Positions 1-8,883 of a stretch of 64,000 nucleotides of DNA are shown here, piece by piece. Origin of the DNA: Rhodospirillaceae bacterium. Lineage in GTDB: Bacteria > Pseudomonadota > Alphaproteobacteria > Dongiales > Dongiaceae. The notes beneath the pieces are model-generated. The model did no database searches and was not told where the DNA came from. It saw only the letters and a list, made by a program, of their open reading frames with translations. The position numbers and the translations under genes are program-made. Each line of letters begins with the position of its first letter. Positions within the stretch are counted from its first letter, which is position 1. The stretch is taken from contig SSEL01000033.1 of NCBI GenBank assembly GCA_008012315.1, forward strand, positions 5,716 through 69,715, read 5' to 3'.

Positions 1-279
1 GGCCATGTCCTGGCCATTGAACAGAATCTGCCCATTGGTGATGCGGCCGGCGCCGCCGAGATATTTCATGATCGCGTAAGCGACCGTGGATTTACCGCAA
101 CCGGATTCACCAACCAGCCCAAGAGCCTCGCCTTTGGCGAGTGAGAAGCTGAGCGCCGGCACCACATCGATCCGTCCAGCGCGCGTGATGTAGGAGATCT
201 TGACGTCGCGCAATTCCAGGATCGGCTTGGCCGCAACTGTGACTGCCGCCGTCTTTCGCAAAGTTGCTGGACTGCTCAT
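1..279 (-). CDS. dppD: ABC transporter ATP-binding protein (dipeptide/oligopeptide family), 5' part only; truncated by window edge
   Basis: Not in the ORF track. Manual translation from ATG at 279: MSSPATLRK...ILELRDVKISY...SFSLAKGEALGLVGESGCGKSTVAYAIM, with Walker A GESGCGKS. GAGGAGG RBS upstream; directly downstream of the permease genes. Confidence 0.9.
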   Translation of the reverse strand, partial: MSSPATLRKTAAVTVAAKPILELRDVKISYITRAGRIDVVPALSFSLAKGEALGLVGESGCGKSTVAYAIMKYLGGAGRITNGQILFNGQDMA

Positions 280-288
280 CCTACCTCC

Positions 289-1158
289 TCAATCGCGCAG
301 GCTGATTTCGCGCAGGCCGTCGGCCAGCAGGCTGAAACCGACCACCAGCGAGGAAATCGCAATCGCGGGATAAAGCGACATATGCGGCCAGGTCGACATC
401 ATGCTGTAGGTCTCCTGCACCATGCCGCCCCAATCCGGATCTGGCGGCGGCAAACCGAGGCCGAGGAAGCCGAGGACGCCGATCTGGATCGTCGTATAGC
501 CCATGCGCAGGCAGCTATCGACGATCAGCGGCCCGCGCGTATTCGGCAGGATCTCCACCAGCATGATATAGATCGCCGATTCCCCGCGCATCTTCGCCGC
601 CGTCACATAATCGAGCTCGCGCTGTTCCAGCGTGATGCCGCGCACGATGCGGATGATCTGCGGCGAGGCAACGAAAATCACCGCGACGATGACGTTGATC
701 GCCGAAGGGCCCAATCGCATGATAATCAGGATATAGAGAACGATCGCCGGAAAGGAGAGCAGGATATCCGCCAGGCGGCTGATCACGGAATCGACCCAGC
801 CGCGGTAATATCCCGAGAGCAGGCCAAGGATACAGCCAACGACATAAGCACAGAAGGTAGCAACCGGCGCGACGATGAGTACCGTCCGGGATCCCCAGAT
901 GATGCGGGAGAGGATATCGCGTCCCTGGTTGTCAGTCCCCAGCAGAAACATATCGTTGGGCAGCGGATCGGCCAGGGCTTCATAATTATTGGCATTCGGA
1001 TCATAAGGTGCCAGCCAGGGCGCGAAGATCGCCACGAAGACCCAGAACAGCACCAGCATGGCACCGGCGACACCGATCGGCGATTCGGTCAGCAGCTTGA
1101 GGCGTCGCCAGAACCGGCCGCTCGATTTTACTTTCAATGCTTGCTCGGCTTGGGCCAT
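289..1158 (-). CDS. dppC: ABC transporter permease (DppC/OppC type)
   Basis: Motifs LGTDNQGRDILSRIIWGSR and EAA-like loop YVTAAKMRGES. Start moved to MAQAEQ (1158), next to the upstream permease stop at 1160. Confidence 0.92.
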   Translation of the reverse strand: MAQAEQALKVKSSGRFWRRLKLLTESPIGVAGAMLVLFWVFVAIFAPWLAPYDPNANNYEALADPLPNDMFLLGTDNQGRDILSRIIWGSRTVLIVAPVATFCAYVVGCILGLLSGYYRGWVDSVISRLADILLSFPAIVLYILIIMRLGPSAINVIVAVIFVASPQIIRIVRGITLEQRELDYVTAAKMRGESAIYIMLVEILPNTRGPLIVDSCLRMGYTTIQIGVLGFLGLGLPPPDPDWGGMVQETYSMMSTWPHMSLYPAIAISSLVVGFSLLADGLREISLRD

Positions 1159-1159
1159 C

Positions 1160-2101
1160 TTACTTGAACCTGATGCGCGGGTTGAGCCACATATAGCCGA
1201 GATCACCGGCGATCTGGGTAATGACGACGATCAGCACGATGATCAACGTAGCCGCTTCGACCGTCGCTGTATCCTTGGACAGTGCCGATTCAAGAATCAT
1301 ATGACCGAAACCTGGATAAGCGAAAATCGTTTCCACCACGACCACGCCGGCGACCAGGTAATTGATCTGTAACAGAATGACCGTGAGCGACACCACCATC
1401 GCATTACGCAATGCGTGGCCCAGCACGACCTTGCGGAAACCGAGCCCTTTCAGCACGGCGGTGCGGATATAGGGCTTCATCATGACATCGACCATCGCCG
1501 CCCGCACCATTCGGACGACATAGCCGAGATCGAACAGGACCATGACGGCAACCGGCAGCACCAGTTGCGATGCGATGGACCAGTCACCGCCGCTTTCCAA
1601 TGTCGATGCGCCCGGCAGCCATTCCAGGATAATGACGAAAATCGTCGCCAGAAAGACGCCGGAGGCGAATTCCGGCACCGAGGTCGTCACGATGCTGAGC
1701 ACCGATATGGTCCGGTCGAGCTTCGAGCCTTCGCGCATGCCGGCGGCGACGCCGAAAATGATCGAGCAAGGGACGATGATGGCGAAAGCGATCGACGCAA
1801 GGAGCAGCGTATTGCCGAGCCGGTCCCAGATGATGTTATTGACGTCGGTCTTGAAATAGGTCGAATAACCGAGATCGCCCTTCAGGACATTACCAACCCA
1901 TTCGATATAGCGCACCGGCGCCGGCCGGTTCAGCCCCATCTGCTCGGTCAGCAACTCGACCTGTTCGGGCGTTGCGAAAGGACCGAGCATCTTGCTGGCG
2001 ACCTGTCCCGGCGTCCATTCGAAAGCCGCGAAAATCAGCATCGAGACAACCATCATGGTGATGATCAAAGCTGCAAGTCGTCGCGCGGCAAATGCCCCCA
2101 T
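1160..2101 (-). CDS. dppB: ABC transporter permease (DppB/OppB type)
   Basis: PGQVASKMLG N-terminus, YIRTAVLKGL...GHALRNA EAA loop, VVETIFAYPGFG, WLNPRI end. Confidence 0.93.
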   Translation of the reverse strand: MGAFAARRLAALIITMMVVSMLIFAAFEWTPGQVASKMLGPFATPEQVELLTEQMGLNRPAPVRYIEWVGNVLKGDLGYSTYFKTDVNNIIWDRLGNTLLLASIAFAIIVPCSIIFGVAAGMREGSKLDRTISVLSIVTTSVPEFASGVFLATIFVIILEWLPGASTLESGGDWSIASQLVLPVAVMVLFDLGYVVRMVRAAMVDVMMKPYIRTAVLKGLGFRKVVLGHALRNAMVVSLTVILLQINYLVAGVVVVETIFAYPGFGHMILESALSKDTATVEAATLIIVLIVVITQIAGDLGYMWLNPRIRFK

Positions 2102-2252
2102 GCGTCGGTACCATCCTTCAGCAAAGCCGGTTTAGACCGGCCATATTCTTCGTTCTGTCATATCTCATCGCCGCCACGGCGCGGCCGATCACGAGATGAG
2201 AGTCTGCCCAACCATTATCGCCGATCCCGGTCGATGCGGCAAACCCAGACGG

Positions 2253-2287
2253 CATCGCCGCCCCACCCATCGGGCAGGGCGGCGATG
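2253..2287. other. 11-bp stem-loop between the substrate-binding gene and the first permease gene (possible mRNA-stabilising or attenuating hairpin)
   Basis: CATCGCCGCCC (2253-2263) pairs with GGGCGGCGATG (2277-2287); no U-tract on the coding (-) strand. Confidence 0.5.
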
Positions 2288-2299
2288 AAAGCAACGGCG

Positions 2300-4003
2300 T
2301 CAGGCCTCAAGCGACCATTCTTCGGCAAACATATAGGCCGTGGGATGGGCTTTGAAACCTTTCACCTTCTTGTCCATCGGCGTGAAGAACGCGCGCCAGA
2401 GCGGGATGCAGATCGGTCCCACATCCAGCATCAGTTTCTCGATATCCGCCATGACGACCCGGCGCTTATCGACGTCGAGCAGGCCTTCCGCCTTGTTCAG
2501 CAACTCATCGAATTTCTTATTCGACCAATGCGCCTCGTTCCAAGGCACATTGCTGCGATAGGCCAAGCCCAGCACCATCGTGCCGAGCGGCCGATGGGTC
2601 CAGGTCGTGAAGGCGAAGGGCGCCACTGGCTGGTTCCAGATATCCCAATACTGCGCCGAAGGCAGCACGTTGATCTTCACCTTGACGCCGATTTCCTTCC
2701 ACATCTGCACCATGGCCTGGACGCAGAGCGGTTCCCAATCCGGATCGGATTTGCAGAAGATCTCAGTTTCGAAGCCATCGGGCTTGCCGGCTTCCGCCAG
2801 CAGCTTTTTCGCGGCGGCAATATCCTGCTTCATGAAGCCGACATCGGCATATTCCGGATGGACCGGACAGACATGGTGATGTTCGCCGGGCGCACCCAAA
2901 CCGAGATAAGCGACCTTCAGCAGCTTGTTGGTATCCAAGGCCAAGCGCATGGCCTTGGCGATTCGTGGATCCTTCCAGGTATCATGAATCGGCTGCATGC
3001 GGGCGGCGGCCGTCTGGCCCGTGGAGACGGAATGGATCTCCACATGCTTCATTTTCTTCAACGCCGCATATTGCGTGGTCTGGGCCTCGTAGAAGCCATG
3101 CACCTGCTTCGACGCCAGGGCATTCAGCGCCGCCGAGGCGTTATCGCCGTGATCGATGAATTCGACGCTGTCGATTTTCACCGGATTGCCCCAGTAACCA
3201 TCGCGACGCTTAAACACCGCCTTCTTGCCGATCTCATAGGTGGTCAGCGTGAAGGCGCCGGTGCCGATCGAATTGACGCCGAACTTGCCGTTCTCGCTGG
3301 GATGCAACACGAGCGCCGGATAGTGGAACAGGTTTTCCGGCACCGCCAGGGTCGAGGTCTTGCCGTTTAGCCTGATCGTATAATCGTCGACCTTCTCGAT
3401 CGCGTTATCGGCATAAAGCTTCGTCGCCGTCTTGGGATTGCCCTTATCGTCCTTTTCGCCGGTCTCGTATTCGGTGAGCAGCATGTCCTTGAACAGGCCG
3501 AGGACCGACGACCCCACCGCCGGGTCGACCCAGCGCTTCAAATTCCAAACGACATGATCGGCGACCAGTTCATCGCCATTCGACCACTTGATCCCCTTCT
3601 TCAGATAGAGGGTCCAGGTCTTGAGATCCTCGCTGGCTTCCCATTTTTCCAGCAGCCAGGGTCGGGTGACATTGTCGACGCCAGTACGGGTGAGATAGTC
3701 GCAGGTCTGGCGGACAATATTCGAGTCATAGACCCAGGAAAACGTGGCGGGGTTGTCCACTCCGGGACAGCGCATCGAAATTCGAATCGTGCCACCGCTG
3801 GCCTCGGCGACTTGCGTGTCCAGCGGATTGCCCGTGGCGGGATCGGCTTCCGCCGTTCCGCCCGCCAAGGCATAGGCCGAGACGGCGGATAGGCCAAGCA
3901 ATGTTGAGGTACGCAGAAATTCACGACGGTCCAATTTGCCGGTGCGGTAATCAGTCAGCAAAGTCGGCAAATACGGATGAACCTTTTTCAGGTCTTGTTC
4001 CAT
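2300..4003 (-). CDS. ABC transporter substrate-binding protein, family 5, with twin-arginine (Tat) signal
   Basis: DRREFL Tat motif followed by a hydrophobic stretch; [29 protein letters not shown] family-5 signature; GTGAFTL motif. Confidence 0.92.
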   Translation of the reverse strand: MEQDLKKVHPYLPTLLTDYRTGKLDRREFLRTSTLLGLSAVSAYALAGGTAEADPATGNPLDTQVAEASGGTIRISMRCPGVDNPATFSWVYDSNIVRQTCDYLTRTGVDNVTRPWLLEKWEASEDLKTWTLYLKKGIKWSNGDELVADHVVWNLKRWVDPAVGSSVLGLFKDMLLTEYETGEKDDKGNPKTATKLYADNAIEKVDDYTIRLNGKTSTLAVPENLFHYPALVLHPSENGKFGVNSIGTGAFTLTTYEIGKKAVFKRRDGYWGNPVKIDSVEFIDHGDNASAALNALASKQVHGFYEAQTTQYAALKKMKHVEIHSVSTGQTAAARMQPIHDTWKDPRIAKAMRLALDTNKLLKVAYLGLGAPGEHHHVCPVHPEYADVGFMKQDIAAAKKLLAEAGKPDGFETEIFCKSDPDWEPLCVQAMVQMWKEIGVKVKINVLPSAQYWDIWNQPVAPFAFTTWTHRPLGTMVLGLAYRSNVPWNEAHWSNKKFDELLNKAEGLLDVDKRRVVMADIEKLMLDVGPICIPLWRAFFTPMDKKVKGFKAHPTAYMFAEEWSLEA

Positions 4004-4264
4004 TTTGACTCTCCCAGCTTCGATTCAGCGAGCTGCCCACCGGCACATGGCCGATGCGGCTTTTTATTTGATTTTTCTCGGATCCCCCCAGGCTCTCCCT
4101 TTGGCCTGTGTTACGGGGACATGTTAACAATAGTCATATTGTCAGTTTTGGGCCAAGCGATTTTACCCGCCAAAAAACTCATTTGGCTTTATCGCAAAAC
4201 TCATCGCCTCGACATTTCTCCCGTTCCATCGGAAATTAGGCGAATTGTCCTTTCAGGAGGCCGC

Positions 4265-5038
4265 ATGCCCCGCTTTGCCGCAAATCTGTCGATGATGTTC
4301 ACCGAATGGGCGTTCCTCGACCGCTTTGCCGCTGCTGCGGATGCCGGATTCACCGCAATCGAATACCTTTTTCCCTATGACCATCATCCCGATCAGATCG
4401 CAGGCAAGCTCTCCGCGGCCGGCCTCACCCAGGCGCTTTTCAATTTGCCGGCAGGCGACTGGGCGGCGGGCGAGCGTGGCCTGGCAGCTTGCCCGGACCG
4501 TCAAGCCGCCTTCCGGGATGCTGTTCAGACGGCTTTGCCCTATGTGGCCGCAACCAATGTCCGCCATATTCATGCGATGAGCGGCTGCGCCGATCCGGCC
4601 GATCCGAGGGCACGGGATATCTATCTGGAAAATCTGTGCTGGGCAGCCGACCTCCTCGCGGGCCACGGCGTCCAGTTGCTGATCGAGCCGATCAATCCGC
4701 GCGATATGCCGGGCTATTTCCTGCGCGATTTCGGCCTGGCTCTCGATATCCTGGCGGTCGCCAACCGGCCCAACTTGCGTTTGCAATTCGATATCTACCA
4801 CCGCCAGATCCTGCATGGCGATGTCACAACAGCCTTGCGCGAACTGATGCCCCGAATCGGCCATATCCAGATCGCAGGTGTGCCCCATCGTCACGAGCCG
4901 GATCTGGGCGAGCTGAATTACGCCTACTTGTTTGAGGAAATCGACGGGTTGAATTACCAGGGTTTCATCGGCTGCGAATATCGCCCGCGGGCAGGTACGA
5001 TCGCCGGCCTGGGCTGGCTAGAGCGTGATCGTCCTTGA
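4265..5038 (+). CDS. hyi: Hydroxypyruvate isomerase family protein (TIM barrel)
   Basis: [14 protein letters not shown] start with AGGAGG RBS; [42 protein letters not shown] motifs. Confidence 0.92.
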   Translation: MPRFAANLSMMFTEWAFLDRFAAAADAGFTAIEYLFPYDHHPDQIAGKLSAAGLTQALFNLPAGDWAAGERGLAACPDRQAAFRDAVQTALPYVAATNVRHIHAMSGCADPADPRARDIYLENLCWAADLLAGHGVQLLIEPINPRDMPGYFLRDFGLALDILAVANRPNLRLQFDIYHRQILHGDVTTALRELMPRIGHIQIAGVPHRHEPDLGELNYAYLFEEIDGLNYQGFIGCEYRPRAGTIAGLGWLERDRP

Positions 5039-5207
5039 CGGCATTTGCTGCCGTCAAGGACGTGATTCACATTTTAGACAAATCGGCAAGCAATTCCGTC
5101 TGGGGCGATCCGGCCCTAAGCGAGATCCCTGGCAAAAAAAGAGGTGTCGGCCATCTGGCCGGCATCTCACCCATTCCCAGACCGCAAGCGTCCGGACAAC
5201 CAGGGAT

Positions 5208-5759
5208 TTATCGGGCGCTCACCATCTCGCGTTGCGCCTCGCGGGCGGCAATAGCATGAGCCTTTGGCAAAACCTCGCCGGTCAGCCGGACCTCCAGCTC
5301 CTGGCGGGCGCGGGCGATGCGGCTGCGGATCGTGCCGACGGGGCAGCCGCAAATATTTGCGACCTCCTCGTAGGAAAGGCCATCGGCCACCACCAGATGA
5401 AGCGCCTCGCGCTGTTCCCGCCGCAGGCCGCTGATCGCCTGCATCAGTTCCTTGAGCACCAGGCTGTGCTCCTGATTCGCGGCGACGGAATCGAGATTAT
5501 CCAGCAGATCGTCATCGATATCCGTCAGGCGCTCCCGCTGGCGGCGGCGCAAACCGTTAATATGTTGATTGCGCATAATGGTATAAAGCCAGGCCCGCAG
5601 ATTGGTCCCCGGCGTGAAGCTCTCCCACTTATCCAGGGCCCGGACCACGGTATCCTGCAGCAGATCCTCGCCCGCGGCACGATCCCGCGTCAGCATCATT
5701 GCAAAAGCCCGCAAAGCCGGCAGCGTTTCAATCAGTTCGTCATGAAATACGTCAGTCAT
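5208..5759 (-). CDS. ecfG: ECF sigma factor of the alphaproteobacterial general stress response (EcfG/SigT/RpoE2 type)
   Basis: LRAFAMMLTRD...EDLLQDT...FTPGTNLRAWLYTIMRN (sigma2) and QREALHLV...LSYEEVANICGCPVGTIRSRIARAR (sigma4); downstream of a nepR-like ORF and an EcfG promoter. Confidence 0.9.
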   Translation of the reverse strand: MTDVFHDELIETLPALRAFAMMLTRDRAAGEDLLQDTVVRALDKWESFTPGTNLRAWLYTIMRNQHINGLRRRQRERLTDIDDDLLDNLDSVAANQEHSLVLKELMQAISGLRREQREALHLVVADGLSYEEVANICGCPVGTIRSRIARARQELEVRLTGEVLPKAHAIAAREAQREMVSAR

Positions 5760-5904
5760 GTGATTTTCCTTTCGGTCGATCCAATGGCTGGGGCGATCGA
5801 TGTTTCGTTGGTCTTAGGACGACAACTGAAGGATGGCCGCTCAAAGCTCGGCTGGCCAACGACAAAGCCGCAACCACCCTGTGACCGGGTGGCGACGAGC
5901 CGAG

Positions 5905-6099
5905 CTACTTTGTGATTTTCCTGTGACCTTGGATCAGATCGAGGAGATTTTGGGGGACCGGACGGGACAGGGCGCTGCGGATGTCCCGCAGCCCACGCGT
6001 CAGCCAACGGTTAAAGGCTAGATCGCCATCGCGTAAAATCTTGTCCTGATCGTTGGCGGAAACCAAACGATCGAGACCGTCTCCGCTCCGATCCCGCAT
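5905..6099 (-). CDS. nepR: NepR-like anti-sigma factor (64 aa)
   Basis: C-terminal FNRWLTRGLRDIRSALSRPVPQNLLDLI resembles the NepR two-helix core (L..L....PVP..L.DL); GGAGA RBS; lies between the EcfG promoter and the sigma gene. Confidence 0.65.
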   Translation of the reverse strand: MRDRSGDGLDRLVSANDQDKILRDGDLAFNRWLTRGLRDIRSALSRPVPQNLLDLIQGHRKITK

Positions 6100-6172
6100 G
6101 GTGACTAATCTCCGTCCTCAGCGCAGGCGGCTATGCCACCGGCGGCGCGAGACATGGTCCCGGCAGCGTTGT

Positions 6173-6198
6173 AACGCCAGCTTTTGCCGGTTAGTTCC
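6173..6198 (-). promoter_or_regulatory. EcfG/SigT-type promoter GGAAC-N17-CGTT driving nepR-ecfG
   Basis: The + strand reads AACG (6173-6176), 17 nt, GTTCC (6194-6198). This is an exact match to the established GSR consensus, 74 nt upstream of the nepR ATG. Confidence 0.85.
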
Positions 6199-6280
6199 CG
6201 CGTTTTACCTTCCCCCGGCACCTCCTGGCGCCGGGGAAACCCAGGAAATACGACCACCGATCCTTATGGGAAACGCCGGC

Positions 6281-6436
6281 TCAGACGTATTGAACGATCA
6301 GCGTTACCAGGAACAGGGCCAGGAAAATGACGAACAAAACCTTCGCAATGCCGGCCGCTGCTGCCGAAATACCCCCGAATCCGAATAATCCGGCAATGAT
6401 GGCGACGACAAAGAAGATGACCGACCACGTCAGCAT
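6281..6436 (-). CDS. DUF1328 family small membrane protein (51 aa, YtjA-like)
   Basis: Not in the ORF track. Translation [51 protein letters not shown]; AAGGAGGG RBS. Confidence 0.92.
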   Translation of the reverse strand: MLTWSVIFFVVAIIAGLFGFGGISAAAAGIAKVLFVIFLALFLVTLIVQYV

Positions 6437-6561
6437 GAACTCCCTCCTTCCCATAAACCATCAGGTTATCCACGAGCATCCAGCTCTTAGATTGATGGCT
6501 GGAACCGGTCTGTTCGCAAACCGGGATGACATCCTCCAATTCAGCCAAGCAGTGGCTCGGA

Positions 6562-6580
6562 TGCCCGGACCGTCCGGGCA
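6562..6580 (-). terminator. GC-rich hairpin immediately after the 63-aa ORF stop
   Basis: TGCCCGGAC-C-GTCCGGGCA near-perfect palindrome, 2 nt from the stop codon; no clear U-tract. Confidence 0.4.
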
Positions 6581-6581
6581 C

Positions 6582-6773
6582 TCAATGTTTCGCGTGTTTA
6601 AGGCCGGTCTTCTCGGCCTTCCTGAGATCTTCGCCTTGCGGGCTCTCGACCGCCTGCTTTGCCTTGTCGGCCTGCTCTTTCACTTTCGCCTTATCCTGGA
6701 CGAAGCGCTGCTCATCGGCATTGAATTCGCGCGCCGCGGTCCGATTGCCTTCACCTTCGTTGCGATTACCCAT
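6582..6773 (-). CDS. Small hydrophilic hypothetical protein (63 aa), probable stress protein
   Basis: AGGAGG RBS; sequence MGNRNEGEGNRTAAREFNADEQRFV...; sits between csbD and DUF1328 on the same strand. Confidence 0.75.
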   Translation of the reverse strand: MGNRNEGEGNRTAAREFNADEQRFVQDKAKVKEQADKAKQAVESPQGEDLRKAEKTGLKHAKH

Positions 6774-6820
6774 GTCGACCTCCTATCGTGCTCTGCTGAT
6801 GGCAGTATCACTGGACGTGT

Positions 6821-6850
6821 TGCATCACTGGGCGATGCATCACTGGGCGA
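6821..6850. repeat. Perfect 15-bp tandem duplication TGCATCACTGGGCGA x2 spanning the csbD stop codon
   Basis: Copies at 6821-6835 and 6836-6850. Confidence 0.85.
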
Positions 6851-7172
6851 TCTTGTTCTCCCATTCCCTCACCTGCTCGTCGGCTTTCTCCAAACTGATG
6901 CCGTAACGTGCCTGGATCTTGCCGACGAGTTGCTGACGCTGCCCTTGGATCTCCATCAGATCATCATCGGTGAGCTTGCCCCATTGCTCGCGGACCTGAC
7001 CTTTGAACTGGGTCCAGTTGCCCGCGATCTTGTTCCATAAATCCTGGTGGGAGGTTGAGGTTGCCTCCTGCGCCATCGCACTCTGAACCGTGAGACCCTG
7101 AGCCGTTACCAACTGAGCGGAAACAAAGCCCGCAACGGCCGCGGCAATGCAAGAAACGCCGGTTTTGCGCAT
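6840..7172 (-). CDS. csbD: CsbD family stress protein with N-terminal signal-peptide-like extension
   Basis: WNKIAGNWTQFKGQVREQWGKLTDDDLMEIQGQRQQLVGKIQARYG is the CsbD/YjbJ signature. Start MRKTGVSC (7172) has a GAGGAAGG RBS. Confidence 0.9.
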   Translation of the reverse strand: MRKTGVSCIAAAVAGFVSAQLVTAQGLTVQSAMAQEATSTSHQDLWNKIAGNWTQFKGQVREQWGKLTDDDLMEIQGQRQQLVGKIQARYGISLEKADEQVREWENKIAQ

Positions 7173-7202
7173 ACCTTCCTCTCTCATAGCCTATACGAGG
7201 AA

Positions 7203-7227
7203 AACGTTACCCTCATGGCGAGGTTCC
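7203..7227 (-). promoter_or_regulatory. EcfG/SigT-type promoter GGAAC-N16-CGTT upstream of csbD
   Basis: The - strand reads GGAAC-CTCGCCATGAGGGTAA-CGTT, 31 nt upstream of the csbD ATG. Confidence 0.87.
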
Positions 7228-7393
7228 GATCGGGGAACGGGTAGAGCTTCAAGAAAACGTGACGCGGCGGCGAAACGGCCATGCGCAACCTGCTCGAGCA
7301 TACCTCCTATGTTGCAAACGGTCTGGCGGGAGAGAGGCGGCTGCAGTATCGATGGATATAATTGAAAACAATAAATCCCCGCGATTTCGCCCC

Positions 7394-8632
7394 ATGCCAG
7401 CCACGATCACGGCCCTGCTTGTTCCCCTGCGCAACAAGCTTTATCGCAACCTCTGGACGGCGGCGCTTCTTTCCAATTTCGGTATCTGGATCCAATACGT
7501 CGCGGCGGCATGGTTAATGACCTCGATCGCCCCCAGTGTCGATTACGTGGCCTGGGTTCAGGCCGCGACCTCCTTCCCGCCATTGCTCTTCACCTTGCTG
7601 GGTGGCGTTCTGGCCGACCGGTTTGATCAGCGGCTGATCTTTCTGATCGCCCAAAGCATCGTCCTCACGGCAGCCCTGACGCTATCGGTCTTCCAGCATT
7701 TCGGCCTGATCACGCCCTGGATGCTCCTGGGCCTGACCTTTGCACTCGATAGCGGCTCGGCCCTGCGCTATCCGGCCTATCAAACGACGGTTGCCGAAAT
7801 TCTGCCGCGAGCGGAAGTACCGAACGCCCTGATCCTCAGCAGCATCGGCTGGAATATCGGCCGCGTTGTCGGTCCGGGTATCGGCGGCATCATTATCGCC
7901 ATCGGCGGTGTCCCTGCCGCCTTTGCCGTCAACGCGCTCTGCAACGTCTATATCATCGGCGTGCTCCTGCAATGGCGACGGCGGAGCCGGATCAGCAAGA
8001 CCCCACCGACGGCCGGCATCATGGCGGAGGTCCTCAGCGGTCTGGCCCATGTCCTGGCCGTGCCGCAGATCCGCGCCACCATGCTATGCTGCTTCGTCTT
8101 TTGTCTGTTTGCTTCCGGCCTTTGGGCGCTGCTTCCCCTGGTCGTAAAGCACATGGTCGGCGGCGAGGCATCCGTCTACGGCGCCATGCTGGGCGCGATC
8201 GGCATCGGTGCCCTGATCGGCGCCCTGCTGATCAACTGGACCAGGCGGGCCTTCGGTCTGCGGCTGCTTTTCGTCGCTTCAACGGCAGCTTTTGCCATCA
8301 GCACCACCGCTCTTGCCTTGCTGCAATCGATTCCCCTGCTGATGGTCACGCTGGCATTCGGCGGCATCGGCTGGATGATGACAATGTCCACCTTCAACGT
8401 CGTGGTGCAGATGGCGGCGGGTGACGGCTTCAAGGGGCGCGCCGTTTCGGTTTACTACGTTGCCTTGTTCGGCGGTATTGCGCTGGGAAGCTGGCTCTGG
8501 GGCCATGTCGCCGAGGAAGTCAGTGTCAAGGCCGGTTTGCTCGCCGCCGCCGCGGGGCTTTTTATCAGCCTGATCCTTTATCGGCGCGGCACGCGCCTTG
8601 CCGCTCATTTCGATGCAGCTTCCGCTGCCTGA
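7394..8632 (+). CDS. MFS transporter (EntS/YbdA-like, 12 TM)
   Basis: PLRNKLYRNLW start, GGVLADRFDQR MFS motif A, many hydrophobic segments; start uncertain (7352 or 7394). Confidence 0.85.
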   Translation: MPATITALLVPLRNKLYRNLWTAALLSNFGIWIQYVAAAWLMTSIAPSVDYVAWVQAATSFPPLLFTLLGGVLADRFDQRLIFLIAQSIVLTAALTLSVFQHFGLITPWMLLGLTFALDSGSALRYPAYQTTVAEILPRAEVPNALILSSIGWNIGRVVGPGIGGIIIAIGGVPAAFAVNALCNVYIIGVLLQWRRRSRISKTPPTAGIMAEVLSGLAHVLAVPQIRATMLCCFVFCLFASGLWALLPLVVKHMVGGEASVYGAMLGAIGIGALIGALLINWTRRAFGLRLLFVASTAAFAISTTALALLQSIPLLMVTLAFGGIGWMMTMSTFNVVVQMAAGDGFKGRAVSVYYVALFGGIALGSWLWGHVAEEVSVKAGLLAAAAGLFISLILYRRGTRLAAHFDAASAA

Positions 8633-8883
8633 TCCAGGCTATTCGATATCGGGCTGCTGCGGTTGAGCAACTCGAAAAAAGCTGCTTATCCTTTCACAGT
8701 AATGTGAAATCTGCGCCGATTCTCGCCTCATAGAGCGATTCTTGCTTACACCTTGCCGGACCGGCGTATAGGTTAGCCCTTAGGGCGTCCAGCGCCCTCT
8801 AACTCATTGAGAGGAAGCGGAATCACACGTGATGTGCGCGGGTTCCAGGCGATGCGGGCAGTCTATCGGGTGAGAGTAAAAGC

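Noticed and set aside
1415-3370. Long antisense ORFs in the track (also 10851..12077, 14091..15335, 30667..32055, 38058..39209, 39908..41044, 43579..44739, 54746..56032, 61520..62779)
   Set aside because: They are shadow ORFs opposite well-supported genes, an expected artefact of high-GC codon bias, and contain no recognisable motifs.
5756-6007. 83-aa ORF whose stop overlaps the ecfG start
   Set aside because: It overlaps the better-supported nepR-like ORF in another frame, has no RBS or motif, and has a Pro/Ser-rich non-coding-like composition.
6264-6581. 105-aa track ORF over the DUF1328 region
   Set aside because: Wrong frame; the real gene is the 51-aa DUF1328 at 6281..6436.
7234-7261. 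Divergent GGAAC as an EcfG promoter for the MFS gene
   Set aside because: The nearest -10-like element is CGTG at a 19-nt spacing, which does not fit N16-17-CGTT.
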